Shown here: positions 53,421 through 64,000 of the stretch, piece by piece | How the letters are laid out: each line of letters opens with the position of its first letter | Position numbering within the stretch: position 1 is the stretch's first letter | Assembly: GCA_000004695.1 (NCBI GenBank) | Contig: CM000154.2 | Coordinates: 4,960,001 to 5,024,000, forward strand | Direction of reading: 5' to 3' | Source: Dictyostelium discoideum | Taxonomy: Eukaryota | Length of the DNA stretch: 64,000 nucleotides | Position numbers and translations under genes: made by a program | The notes under the pieces: generated by a model | The model's database searches: none | What the model saw: only the letters and a program-made list of their open reading frames with translations | Told to the model about the DNA's origin: nothing

Positions 53421-55014
53421 ATCTTTTATCATTAATATCAAAATGATATTAATTAAATAATGATATTGAAATTGAAAAAATAAATAAATTTAAATAAAAT
53501 TTAAATTAAAATAATAATAATAATAAATAAATAAAAGAATGTAAAAATTATGATATTTGATGATGATAAAAATAACAACAATAATAAATAAAATTTAAAT
53601 TCATTTTTGAACGAAGAAAGTGTTTTTTTTTTTTTTTTTTTTTTTAATGAGAGTTTTTTTTTTTTTTTAGAAATACTATGTGATATGTGGTTAGATACAT
53701 TGTCAAAAATTGAAGGAGTTATTATTATTATTATTATTTTTATTATTATTTTTTTTTTTATTTATTTTTATTTTTATTTTTATTTTTATTATTATTATTT
53801 TTATTTTTTTTATTTTTATTTTTTTTTTTTATTAATAATATAATTGATCGACATAAATGATAATAACAAACTCTTTTTTTAAATTATTGGATATTCATTC
53901 AAAAGTGTGATGTGGTGGTAAGTTGTGTTTTTTGGAATGTGTGAGAGAGAGATATAGAGTGGGTGTGGTTCTATCATAATTAATATTTGTATAAAAACAA
54001 AATAATTTGCAAAAAAATAATGCGGGCGAATAACTATTATATTATTAAAAAAATAATAAATAATTTTAATAAATAAATAAATAAATAAATTGATAATTGA
54101 TAAATAAACCCACCACACATAAGAAAGATATATTAACCTTTAATGAATGAGATATTAATTTTCACGCATGTTTATAATTAATTTTTTTTTTTTTTATTTT
54201 TTTATTTTTTTTTTTGGTGTTTAAAAAAAGAAAGAAATAAAAAATAAAAATAAAAAGAAAATACCAATTTAATTATTTAATACAATTATGTCGACACTAC
54301 ATGTTGATGCAAATTGAGTGTATAATTTGTAAAAAAAAAAAAAAAAATAATAAAAAAATATAAAAAAAGAAACAAAACCTCAATTGGTGATATCACTTGA
54401 AAATATATAGTTTATAAATAGATATATTATTATTACTATTATTATTATTATTATTATTTCTACTATTATTATTTTTTATTATTTTTTATATTAATATATT
54501 TATAGACAATATACATATTTTATTTTTTTTTTATTTTATTTTTTAATTTATTTATATAAAAATGAAAAAAAAAAAAAAATAAAAAAAAATAAAAAAAAAT
54601 ATTATTATAACAAATATTGTTAAAATTGTTAATAATTTATATAATTTTTGTTCTTATTGTCAATTTTTATCATCACCCAAAGTATTTTGAATAGATATAA
54701 TTATTTTATTTTATTATAATTTATTTATTTGTTTGTTTTTGTTTTTTTTTTTTTTTTTTACGAGGCGAAAATAAAATTTATCAAATCCCATATGATATAC
54801 AAAAAGTTTCTAAAAAAGGGTTTTTTTTATTTTTAGTTTTACCTTTTTAATACAAATTATTTCTTAAAATAAAAAATTGAAAAAAAAATTGAAAAAAAAA
54901 TTGCTATTATTACTATTATTATTTTATTATTATTTTCGCTATTATTATTTTTATTATTATTTTTATTTTTTTTTTAATTTTTTTAATTAATTAATTAATG
55001 TAAATGATTTTTGT

Positions 55015-55046
<32 letters not shown>

Positions 55047-55510
55047 TTTAATTTTAATTTTTTTTTTTTTTTTTATTTTAAAATAAAAATCACATGCTAT
55101 CATTTATCATTTTTGATTTTTTTTTTTTTTTAAATTTCCACTGAATTTCTAAAATTGAAAAAAAAAAAAATTAAAAATATTATTACCGAAACAAAACCAC
55201 ACACTTTAATATTAAAACTTAGTGGTTTAAATCCCAAAAGCAAATTTTTGATAGAAAATTCAATTATGAATCTAAAGAGAGTAATTTCATTTTAATTAGT
55301 GATCATTTTAAAATCAAAAACTATCTTGTAAAATTGTTTAGTTTTATATGAGAAAAATTTTAAAATTTTTTTTTTTTTCCAATTGATTTTGATATTTTTT
55401 TTTCGGTTTAAAAAAAAAAAAAAAATTAATTAATTTAAATTAATTAATTTTTAAAAAAAAAAAAAAAAAAAAACCCCAATTTAAACAAGTGTATTTTTAA
55501 AAATAGTTTA

Positions 55511-55541
<31 letters not shown>

Positions 55542-55622
55542 TTCAAAAAAAAAAAAAAAAAAAATGTGATTGTGTAATAGTACTACTGTTTAAATTAGTT
55601 AGATATAATTTTTTTTAATTAA

Positions 55623-55655
<33 letters not shown>

Positions 55656-55685
55656 TTTTTCTTTTTTTTTTTTTTTGGAGTGGAA

Positions 55686-57081
55686 ATGCCAGCAGATTCT
55701 ATTTCAAAGTATTTTCTATTTTTAATTTTTTTTTTTAAATTAATAAAAAATATCTCGACAGTTTCATGTTCGCACCACAGCAAAGAGCGACCAACTACCG
55801 ATTTAGCATGTTCATTAAAAATATGTTCAGAGTTGGGAGAGCCATGTGGTAATGATACTCATTATAGTGGATTTCAATGTTATGTTGAAGATAGATGCTT
55901 AAACAGTACTTGTGTACCTAGTCTTGGTATTGGAAATGATTGTAATTCAAGTTTTGATTGTATATTAGGTACAACATGTGTTATTGATCAAAATAATAAT
56001 GATAATAATAATAATGATAATAATGATAATAGTGATAATGATGATGATAATAATAATGATAATAATGATATTAATAATATAAATAATTTTAAAGGATATT
56101 ATCATAAAAATTTAACGACAAAAGTGAATTTAAAAATTAAAAAAACTTGTCAACATTCATTTTTTGCCGAATTTGGTGATAAATGTAAAAGAAATTCAGA
56201 TTGTTTAAATAGTTTAGAATGTATTAATGGTAAATGTTCAACACCATCACTTGGATGTTTGACTGATTTTAGTTGTAATAATGATTCAATATGTAATAGA
56301 GATACAAGACAATGTGTAGTTACAACCTTAAAAGAAGGTGAATGTTTTTTATTTAAACAATTCTCTTGTAATGATCAAAACTTATTATGTGCACCAAAAT
56401 CATTTATGATTTCTTCAATTGGAATTTGTAAAAAACAAATTGAAGGTTCACCTTGTTTAACTAGTAAACTTATAAATTGTGATTGGAATTTATATCAATG
56501 GGTTTGTAGTAAACTTTTAATTTATTAAAAAAAAAAAAAAAGAGGATTATAAATGTACTAATTATTTTTTTTTAAAAAAAAAAATAAAGTGTAAACCATT
56601 GAATCCAGGATCATTAATGGGTAATTGTACAATTCAACCAAGTAATACATCAAAATCATGTATAACACAAGCTGATTGTAATTATTATGAAATGTGTAAA
56701 TGTGATAGTTCCCATTCTGGTGTTGGATATTGTATACCAAAAGGGTCTTATAACTTTTTTGGTAGTTATTGTAAAGCTTCAATAAATAAATTTTTAGAAT
56801 GTTATTATAAAACCAATTGTACAGATTTATTTTCACAAAATCCATCATCATGTTCTTATAGAAATTGCCCAGAAGAAAGTGAATGTCTTGGAACATTTTG
56901 TATTGATAAAATGTTACCAGTTGGAGTTTGTACAAATAGAAAATGTAAACTCACATTATTCAATACTACAAATGGTCATTTTAAAGTTGCATCATCATCA
57001 TCTTTTTCAAATTTTAATTTTAATTCTTTATCATATTTAATAATAACATTAATATTAATAATAATTTTTATAATAATTTAA
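55686..57081 (+). CDS. secreted Cys-rich repeat protein with C-terminal hydrophobic (GPI-anchor-like) tail, 2 exons (55686..56501, 56590..57081)
   Basis: A signal peptide is followed by repeated CxxxxDCxxxxxCxxxxC modules and an Asp/Asn-rich linker. Donor GTTTGT is at 56502 and the acceptor is ataaag. The second exon continues the Cys-rich repeats and ends with the hydrophobic tail SYLIITLILIIIFIII*. The family is uncertain; Dickkopf-N-like or EGF-like Cys spacing is possible. Confidence 0.55.
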
Positions 57082-57188
57082 TATTTAATTATTTTTATAA
57101 AAATAAAATTTTAAATTTATTGTGTGTAAATAATTATTTATTTATTATTATCATTATTTTTTTTTTTAATGTTTTTTTTTTTTTTTTT

Positions 57189-58402
57189 TTAAAAGTTTTC
57201 TTTATGAAAATAAAATTTGGTACCACCAGTTTTTAAACAAGTATAATATCTACATTTTTCATAAAGTTCTTTTGATAATTGAGAAGGACCACAACAAAAT
57301 ACACTAATTGATTCACCGGAATACTTTTTAGAGTAATATTGGAAAATTGTATCCCAATTTGGTCTTCCCCAATGAGTTTTAAATGGTAAATTAGTGGTTG
57401 GATCTAAACCTTGTGCTTTGAATAGTTTATCTAAACCATTCCATAACATAAACACTCTAACATCATTCTTTGGAAAAACACGAGTGTTAAAGGTATTAAT
57501 GGATATTTTTGGTAAATTACTATTACCATTCGTTGAGATATCAATTAATAGGTCTTCAAACCATTGGAAACTATGTTGATCTCTATTGAGCCAAAAGAAA
57601 TGAACCTTTTCAAGATTACCTAAACCAAACTTTGTTGTAATCTCATTTTTACTTTGTTCCAATGCAATTTGATCACCTTGATTTAATAATTGTAATCTCT
57701 GTTTCTTTAATGAAATATCCTTTAATAATGATGCCATTGGTGAAACACCAATACCTGCACCCACTAATATAACTTGTTTTTGTTTTAATGCATATTGACT
57801 TGATGATCCAAATGGACCATCAATATTAATTCGAAATGGTTTTAAACCAATTTCTAAATCAATTTGATCAATATTATTATTATTATTAATAATAAAATTA
57901 GAACCATCAGGCAATACATTTTGTTGTTTAATATTATTATATAATTGTTGTTGTTGTTGTAATTGTTTTTTAATTGATAACCATCTAAATAATTTCTTTG
58001 TCCAATTACCTGTTACTCTAATATGAACATATATTTTATCCTCTAATGGTGATGAGGTCATTGTAAATGGATGCCATTGTAATTTTGAAATATGTGGTAC
58101 ATTGATCAATAAATATTGTCCAGGTTTATAATCGAATGATGGTGGTTTACTAAATGTTAAATTAATTACTCTTTCGTTCTTTAAACAATAATCTAAAACT
58201 TCAACTCTATGAGTTCTTTTAAACAATCTAAAACTTCTATCAACTGTATAAAAGAAACCTGGAACAATAAACCATTTCCAAAATGTTGGTGGTCTAATCC
58301 AACCCATTGTACCATGTAAAATTAATAAAACATAAAATCCAATAAATAAATGATGACTATAATAAAATAACTATAAAATTATATAATAAAAAATAATTAA
58401 TT

Positions 58403-58433
<31 letters not shown>

Positions 58434-59949
58434 CTTACTTCAAAATTAGATTTCCTAATAATTTTTAAAGATAAAATTGCCATAATTATTAAAAATGATA
58501 TCATAATGAAACCTGTTACACCTGGTAAACTATTAAAAATCATTTCCCAAACTGTTGGCCTAAATTTAAAATGAGGTGCTAAACAATCATAAAAAATATT
58601 ATCAGGTTTACCAGTTGCAACTGCCATACCAACAATCCAACCAATAGTATGTAAAAATGAAGCAATGATTAATGTATAACCAATTAATTTATGAAATGTC
58701 ATATATTTATCAACTGGAAATAAAAATTTAAATTTGGTATTTCTAATCATTGTAAATAATTGTTTACACATTGTCATTAAAATTATTGCTGCATTGAATT
58801 CAATTAATTGAGCTGCAATTCTTGTTATATATACACCCGGGCCAAATAATTCTATTGCTCTTTTATTATTTGCATGAACATTTAAAAAACTTGTTATTAC
58901 TAAAATTGAATTTATAATAAAAAATAAAGATATAAAAAATAATTTTGATCCTTCAATTTTTAAATATCTTTTTAAACTATGAAAACTTTCTTTTTCCGTA
59001 TATATTCCAATATTTTCTTCTTTAAAATTATAATTTGTATTTTCTTCTTTTTCTTTTACTTTATTTTCATTGTTAATTGTTAATTCACTTTTAAATTCTT
59101 CAAAATCTATATATCCATCCATATTTTTATCAAATTGTTGAAAAATGTGATCAATCAAACTTTCCATTGTAAAGTCTTGAAATTTTAACCCATTTTGTTT
59201 AGTTCTATAATTTAATACTTCTTTTAAATCATCTCTTGAAATAAAACCCTTATCATATATATCATATAATTTAAAAACACCTTTAAAATATTAAATTAGT
59301 TTCATATATTTTTACAACAATATATTAATCATTTGTTAATTTAATACATACTGGTTATTTTTTGTTCTTCACTACCAACTTTTGAAAGGTTTAAATATAT
59401 ATGATTAATTACATCAAATAAATTAATTTTTGATTCAATTTCAAATGATCTTGATTTTTTAATTTTTTTAATTTTACTATTACTATTGATACTACTAGAA
59501 AATGATTTTGATTTATAAATATGTGGTTGTTTTAAAATTGTTGGTAAAGAATGTGATTGTAACTGAACTTCACATTGGTTATTGGTTTGATTGAATGGAG
59601 GTATTGGGTTTGTTTCAATTGTATTTTCTATATTTGATTTTGATATTATTTTAAATTGGTCTGATTTAATATTCTTATCTTCAAAATCTATTGATTGTAT
59701 TGTTATAGGAATTGAAGCAACACTTGAATCAATTGAACTAGACGAAATCGAATTTCTACAAGAACTTAAAGAATCTGAAACCATTGAACCTGTATTATTT
59801 ATTGAATTATTTAAATTTGTTGGAAAACTTGATATTGAAGATTTTGGAGATATTGGTGATATATTACTTGATGGATATTCATTTTTATTAAAATTATTGC
59901 TATTATTTATAATATCATCATCATGATTATCAACAGTATTAATATTATT

Positions 59950-59984
<35 letters not shown>

Positions 59985-60075
59985 CATTATTAATATTATT
60001 ATTATTACAATTATTAATATTATTATTATTATTATTATTATTGTTATTATTGTTATTATCAATATTATTATTATA

Positions 60076-60128
<53 letters not shown>

Positions 60129-60840
60129 ACTCTACAGGGATTGGGAAAGAATTACCACCTATTGGAATTTTTAAAGTATTTTCAATTTCTTTTTTCTTTT
60201 TAAATATTTCTTCAATATCGCTATTAAAATTATTAATATCATTTATTTTATCTATATAATTATCATTTTTATCATCTATTTTACTATCATTATTATTTAA
60301 TTTTGAATTTCTGGAAAATGATTTTCTTGATTTTTTTGTTTTTTTTTTAATTTCTTTTTTTAAATCTATATTTAAACTACTATTACTTGATTTTCTAATT
60401 AAATTTGGCCTTGTAGATTGAACATATTGATTGAATATTAAATCCAAAGCCTGATTATCATTAATATTAAATAATTCTTTTAAAGAATTTTTATCAATCA
60501 TTAAAACTCTATTTCCACTTTCTTGGTTTTTAATGAACTCTCTTATTTTGAACTCATTTTCTAGAAAAAAAAATTATGATAATTTTAAAATTATTAGTAT
60601 TTTAAAATTTGTCGTTTTTTTTTAAATTTATGGTAAAATTTTACCTTTTAAACTCTCCATTAAAATTTTATCAGTGATTGAAAAATTATTTTCATTTTTA
60701 GTTTTATCAACACTTATATTTGGTAATTCTAATAAACTTGCGTCTAAAAATGTTGATTTATGTAAATTTGTCCTAAATTCATGAGGAAAAGACAATGGAT
60801 TTGCAAATTTTTTAATAGAAATATTTTTTTGTTTTTCCAT
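57189..60840 (-). CDS. noxC: EF-hand-containing NADPH oxidase (NOX5-like), 1142 aa, 4 exons
   Basis: Exons are 60840..60645 (donor GTAAAA), 60560..59352 (Asn-rich N-terminal extension; donor GTATGT), 59280..58439 (EF-hands [10 protein letters not shown] and [13 protein letters not shown] plus the first TM/heme helices; donor GTAAGT) and 58370..57189 (ferric-reductase TM helices with HHLF, FAD-binding HPFTMTS, NADPH-binding GAGIGVSP and a CGP…[10 protein letters not shown]-terminus). All phases are consistent. The summed length of 1142 aa, with N-terminal EF hands, matches NoxC. Confidence 0.85.
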
Positions 60841-61344
60841 TGTTGTTATCAAATAATTTTCATTTAGGTAATTATAAAATTTTTTTTTTTTTTTTTTTAA
60901 TGCAGTTGTAAAAAATAAATAATAATTAAACTATCGATAAAATTAATTTTTATTATTAGTAATTTAATCAAAATAAAAATATCAAATGAAATTTATGTAA
61001 CAAATTGTAAACAATGACTAATATAATGTTAAATTGATCTAAAAAAACAACAACAAAGTCCAAAAAAGGAAATTTTATTATTTTTTTTTATTTTTTTAAT
61101 ATTTTCCAAACTGGAATATAATAGCGATTATTATAACCAATAATTTATTTATATATAAACGGGATGGTATCTCCTTTTTAGAATTCCTTTCAAACTTTAT
61201 CTTACCTTCTTTTAAAATGAGAATTTTTTTTTTTACAGATTTTTTACAGATTTTTTTTTAGTTTTTTTTTTTTTTTACTAATAAAAACCAATAATTTACA
61301 ATAACCTAAATAATTTTTTTTATCTACTTTTTTTTTTAATTTCC

Positions 61345-61407
<63 letters not shown>

Positions 61408-61498
61408 AAATTAAATTCTTTTAGAGAGTATATTCTAAATCTTAAAACATTTTATTATTTTATTATAGTGGTATAGCTTCCATATAAAACTCCACCTA

Positions 61499-61529
<31 letters not shown>

Positions 61530-61634
61530 GATTATGAAATTTAAAATTGGTAATGTAATGGAAAGAGGAAAAAAAAAAAAAAAGAAATGAAAAATAAATA
61601 AAAATATTAATATTTAATAATATTAATATTATTT

Positions 61635-61656
61635 GGGGTGGGTGGTTGGGGGTTGG
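61635..61656. promoter_or_regulatory. G-rich motif GGGGTGGGTGGTTGGGGGTTGG (G-box-like / potential G-quadruplex) about 800 bp upstream of the noxC ATG
   Basis: A lone G-run island in AT-rich intergenic DNA. The four-or-more G-tract spacing is compatible with G4 formation. Confidence 0.3.
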
Positions 61657-62009
61657 AATATTTCAAGTGTGTTGTTTGGTTGTTGAAAATTATTTTTATT
61701 TTTATTTTTTTTAATAATTACTTTTCTCCATTTTAAGAAAGTTTTAAAAAAAGAATTCTGAGATTAAATAATAAAAAAAAATAAAATAAATTTATTTTTA
61801 AAAAAAAACACTATCTTTTTTTGGTAAATTTCCAAAAATTGTAATCCCAACCATTCTTTATCATAAAGTTTTTTTTTTTTTTTTTTTTAAATTTTTGATT
61901 GGTTATAAATAAAAAAAAAGGTAAAATTTCAGCATTATAGCGATGGCACTTGCCTTATTTCCACTTTTTGTTTTTTTTTTTTTTCCCCCAAGCAAACCCC
62001 ACAAAAAAG

Positions 62010-62040
<31 letters not shown>

Positions 62041-62197
62041 TTTTGTTGTTATTATTTTTTTTAATTTTTTTTATTTCTTTATTATTTTTTTTTTTTTCCT
62101 GGTTATATAAATAGATATTTTGAATTTTCATTTAAAATTACAACATTTAATGATAGTAATTACTATTTAGGTATTACGTATTATTATGTAAAAAAAT

Positions 62198-62345
<148 letters not shown>

Positions 62346-62394
62346 ATTATTAATTATTAATTATTTATTATTAAATTATTAAATTATTAAATAA

Positions 62395-63910
62395 TTAAGC
62401 GTGAGTGAGTGAACTACTTCTATTATGTTTTTTCTTATTCTTATTTTTATTTTTCTTTGATGGAGTATTATGAGTACTATTTGAATTAATTGAAGAGGAA
62501 GAGAAAGAAAGTGGTGATGAAGCGCCATCTAAAACCTCGACAGAGTTATTGTTATTGATGCTATTTAAATCAAATGATTGGTTATCGATATCTAAATTTA
62601 AAGATTTGTTTGGAATGATTGGAGAAGATAATGGAGATTGATCAACGCTATGGTTTTTTTTATGTTGTGGTTGATTTTTACCATGTGATTTCCTTCCACC
62701 TTTTCTACCTTGTTTGGGACTATTTGATGAATGAATTGGAGGGCCATGATATGGTTCATAGGCAAAGAGTAAGTCACCACTAGATGAGACTACACTTGGA
62801 GTTATAGGTTCATTTGATTTTCTCTTGTCTTTAACCGATACTGATCCTTCATTCTCTGGTGAAGATATTGTTGAAGAACTATTGGCTTCATCAACTTTTT
62901 CTGATGGTGGTGATACGATGATACCAACTTCATTTTCTTCATTTACTGTTTCATTTTCTTCATTTACTTTTTCATCCTCTTTATTATCATCTTCTTTAGT
63001 TTCTTCTTCCTTAGTTTCTTCTTTGATTTCTTCGTTAACCTCCTCTTCTTTATCTTGTTTAACTTCTTCTTTGACTTCCTCTTTGACTTCTTTAACCTCC
63101 TCCTTAACCTCTTCTTCTTTAACTTCCTCCTCTTTAACCTCTTCTTCTTTGGCCTCCCCCTTAACCTCTTCCTCTTTGACCTCCACCTTGACCTCTTCTT
63201 TAACTTCCTCCTCTTTAACTTCCTCTTCAACTTGGTTAACTTCTTTTACCTCGGTGGCTTCGTCATTGACCTCTTCTTTAATTTCCTCTTTAGTTTCTTC
63301 TTTGGCTACTTCTTTAACCTCCTCTTCTTTAACCTCCTCTTCTTTAACCTCCTCTTCTTTAACTTCTTCTTTAACATCCTCTTCTTTAACCTCCTCTTTA
63401 ACTTCTTCAACAATTTTATTATTTTCTTTTTGTTGTTGTTCTTGTTCTTGTTCTTGTTGTTGTTTTAATTTTTCTAAATCTTCCTTTTCTTTTTGTAATC
63501 TTTCAGCCAATTTTTGTTTATAAGAAATGATTGGATCAATGAAAACTTTTGGAGGGGTAACTTTCCAAGAATGGAAATAAGATTTAAAGAGTGGTGATTC
63601 ATTGTATTGTTCAACCAACTCAACTGAACAATCAGAGGGTCTTTGATCATTTGCAGTCTCAATGTATTGTTTAGCCAAGTCTTGAGTATCATTTAATTTT
63701 TGATCAGTACTCTTTGAACCTTTCCAAAGGAAAACTTTATGGTAAACATCTAACAATACACACTCTTGAGAATTTAAATCAACTTGAGAGAATGGATTAA
63801 TTTGATCTGCTTTAAAGATACCAGAATTATCTGTGCATAAAAATAATTTAATTTTCTTTGGTCTTAAATGTTTAATTATTGTTGTTGTTTTATTATTATC
63901 TTTTTCTTCT

Positions 63911-63949
<39 letters not shown>

Positions 63950-64000
63950 TCTTCTTTTTCTTCTTCTTCTTTTTCTTTTTCTTCTTTATTTTCATTTATA
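62395..64000 (-). CDS. gelsolin-repeat-containing protein with (EEVK)n acidic repeat and basic C-terminal tail; 5' part beyond window end
   Basis: The frame is open through the window end at 64000. A gelsolin-type domain is present (…LFLCTDNSGIFKADQINPFSQVDLNSQECVLLDVYHKVFLWKGSKS…LFKSYFHSW), preceded by a poly-Glu linker. It is followed by a coiled/acidic (EEVKEEEVK)n tract of about 150 aa and a Lys/Asn-rich end, with stop at 62395. Confidence 0.6.
62900..63420. repeat. imperfect coding tandem repeat (12–18 nt units; GAA GAG GTT AAA…) encoding (EEVK)n
   Basis: Periodic ttcttctttaacctcctc… on the plus strand. It produces shadow ORFs on both strands (62825..63523 + and 62964..63230 -). Confidence 0.8.

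Noticed and set aside
53879-54118. Minus-strand 79-aa ORF in the warA upstream region
   Set aside because: It has no start context and AT-homopolymer-derived composition (poly-I/F/Y). It overlaps the G/T-rich putative regulatory islands, which makes coding unlikely.
62825-63523. Plus-strand 232-aa Ser/Leu/Thr-rich ORF and minus-strand 88-aa Lys/Arg-rich ORF (62964..63230)
   Set aside because: Both are alternate-frame or antisense shadows of the periodic (EEVK)n coding repeat in the gelsolin-repeat gene. The only frame with a flanking real domain and a sensible composition is the minus-strand EEVK frame.

Overview
This window is Dictyostelium discoideum-type nuclear DNA. It is extremely AT-rich, with poly(A)/poly(T) intergenic tracts, GTAAGT...AG introns of about 60–150 bp, and (AAT)n/(CAA)n triplet repeats encoding poly-Asn and poly-Gln inside genes. 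No prokaryotic features are present (no CRISPR arrays, operons or rRNA). I built about 20 protein-coding genes by hand from the ORF track plus splice-site and frame reasoning. Those recognised with confidence are listed below.

| Gene / product | Coordinates (strand) | Notes |
|---|---|---|
| gbpC, Roco-family cGMP-binding protein (LRR-Roc-COR-kinase-RasGEF-cNB-GRAM-cNB) | 3..8054 (+) | 5'-partial, three exons |
| rdiA, RhoGDI | 13539..14132 (+) | single exon, 197 aa |
| LAMTOR2 (Ragulator) homologue | 11501..12203 (-) | exon model ambiguous in the middle |
| Penta-EF-hand (ALG-2-like) protein | 14992..16066 (-) | 4 exons, 197 aa |
| Class-I-like PI3-kinase | 20832..26090 (-) | start codon not found |
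| Family-C (GABAB-like) 7TM receptor with Chlamydia-Pmp-like beta-helix ectodomain | 26945..31939 (+) | 9 exons |
| vps33 | 32025..34079 (-) | 2 exons, 644 aa |
| Saposin-B-domain protein | 34396..35646 (-) | single exon |
| Misato/DML1 homologue | 36259..38085 (+) | 2 exons, 583 aa |
| RasGAP+VPS9 (GAPVD1/RME-6-like) protein | 40155..45896 (-) | single ORF, 1913 aa |
| Cytochrome P450 | 47182..48744 (-) | 2 exons, 495 aa |
| warA (Wariai; homeobox + ankyrin) | 49348..51854 (-) | 2 exons, 803 aa |
| noxC (EF-hand NADPH oxidase) | 57189..60840 (-) | 4 exons, 1142 aa |
| Gelsolin-repeat protein with (EEVK)n tail | 62395..64000 (-) | runs off the window |

The most unusual items are the GPCR with a beta-helix ectodomain, the PI3K whose 5' end has no in-frame ATG for about 300 codons, G-box/CA-rich clusters upstream of warA and noxC, and several unannotatable small secreted Cys-rich genes.
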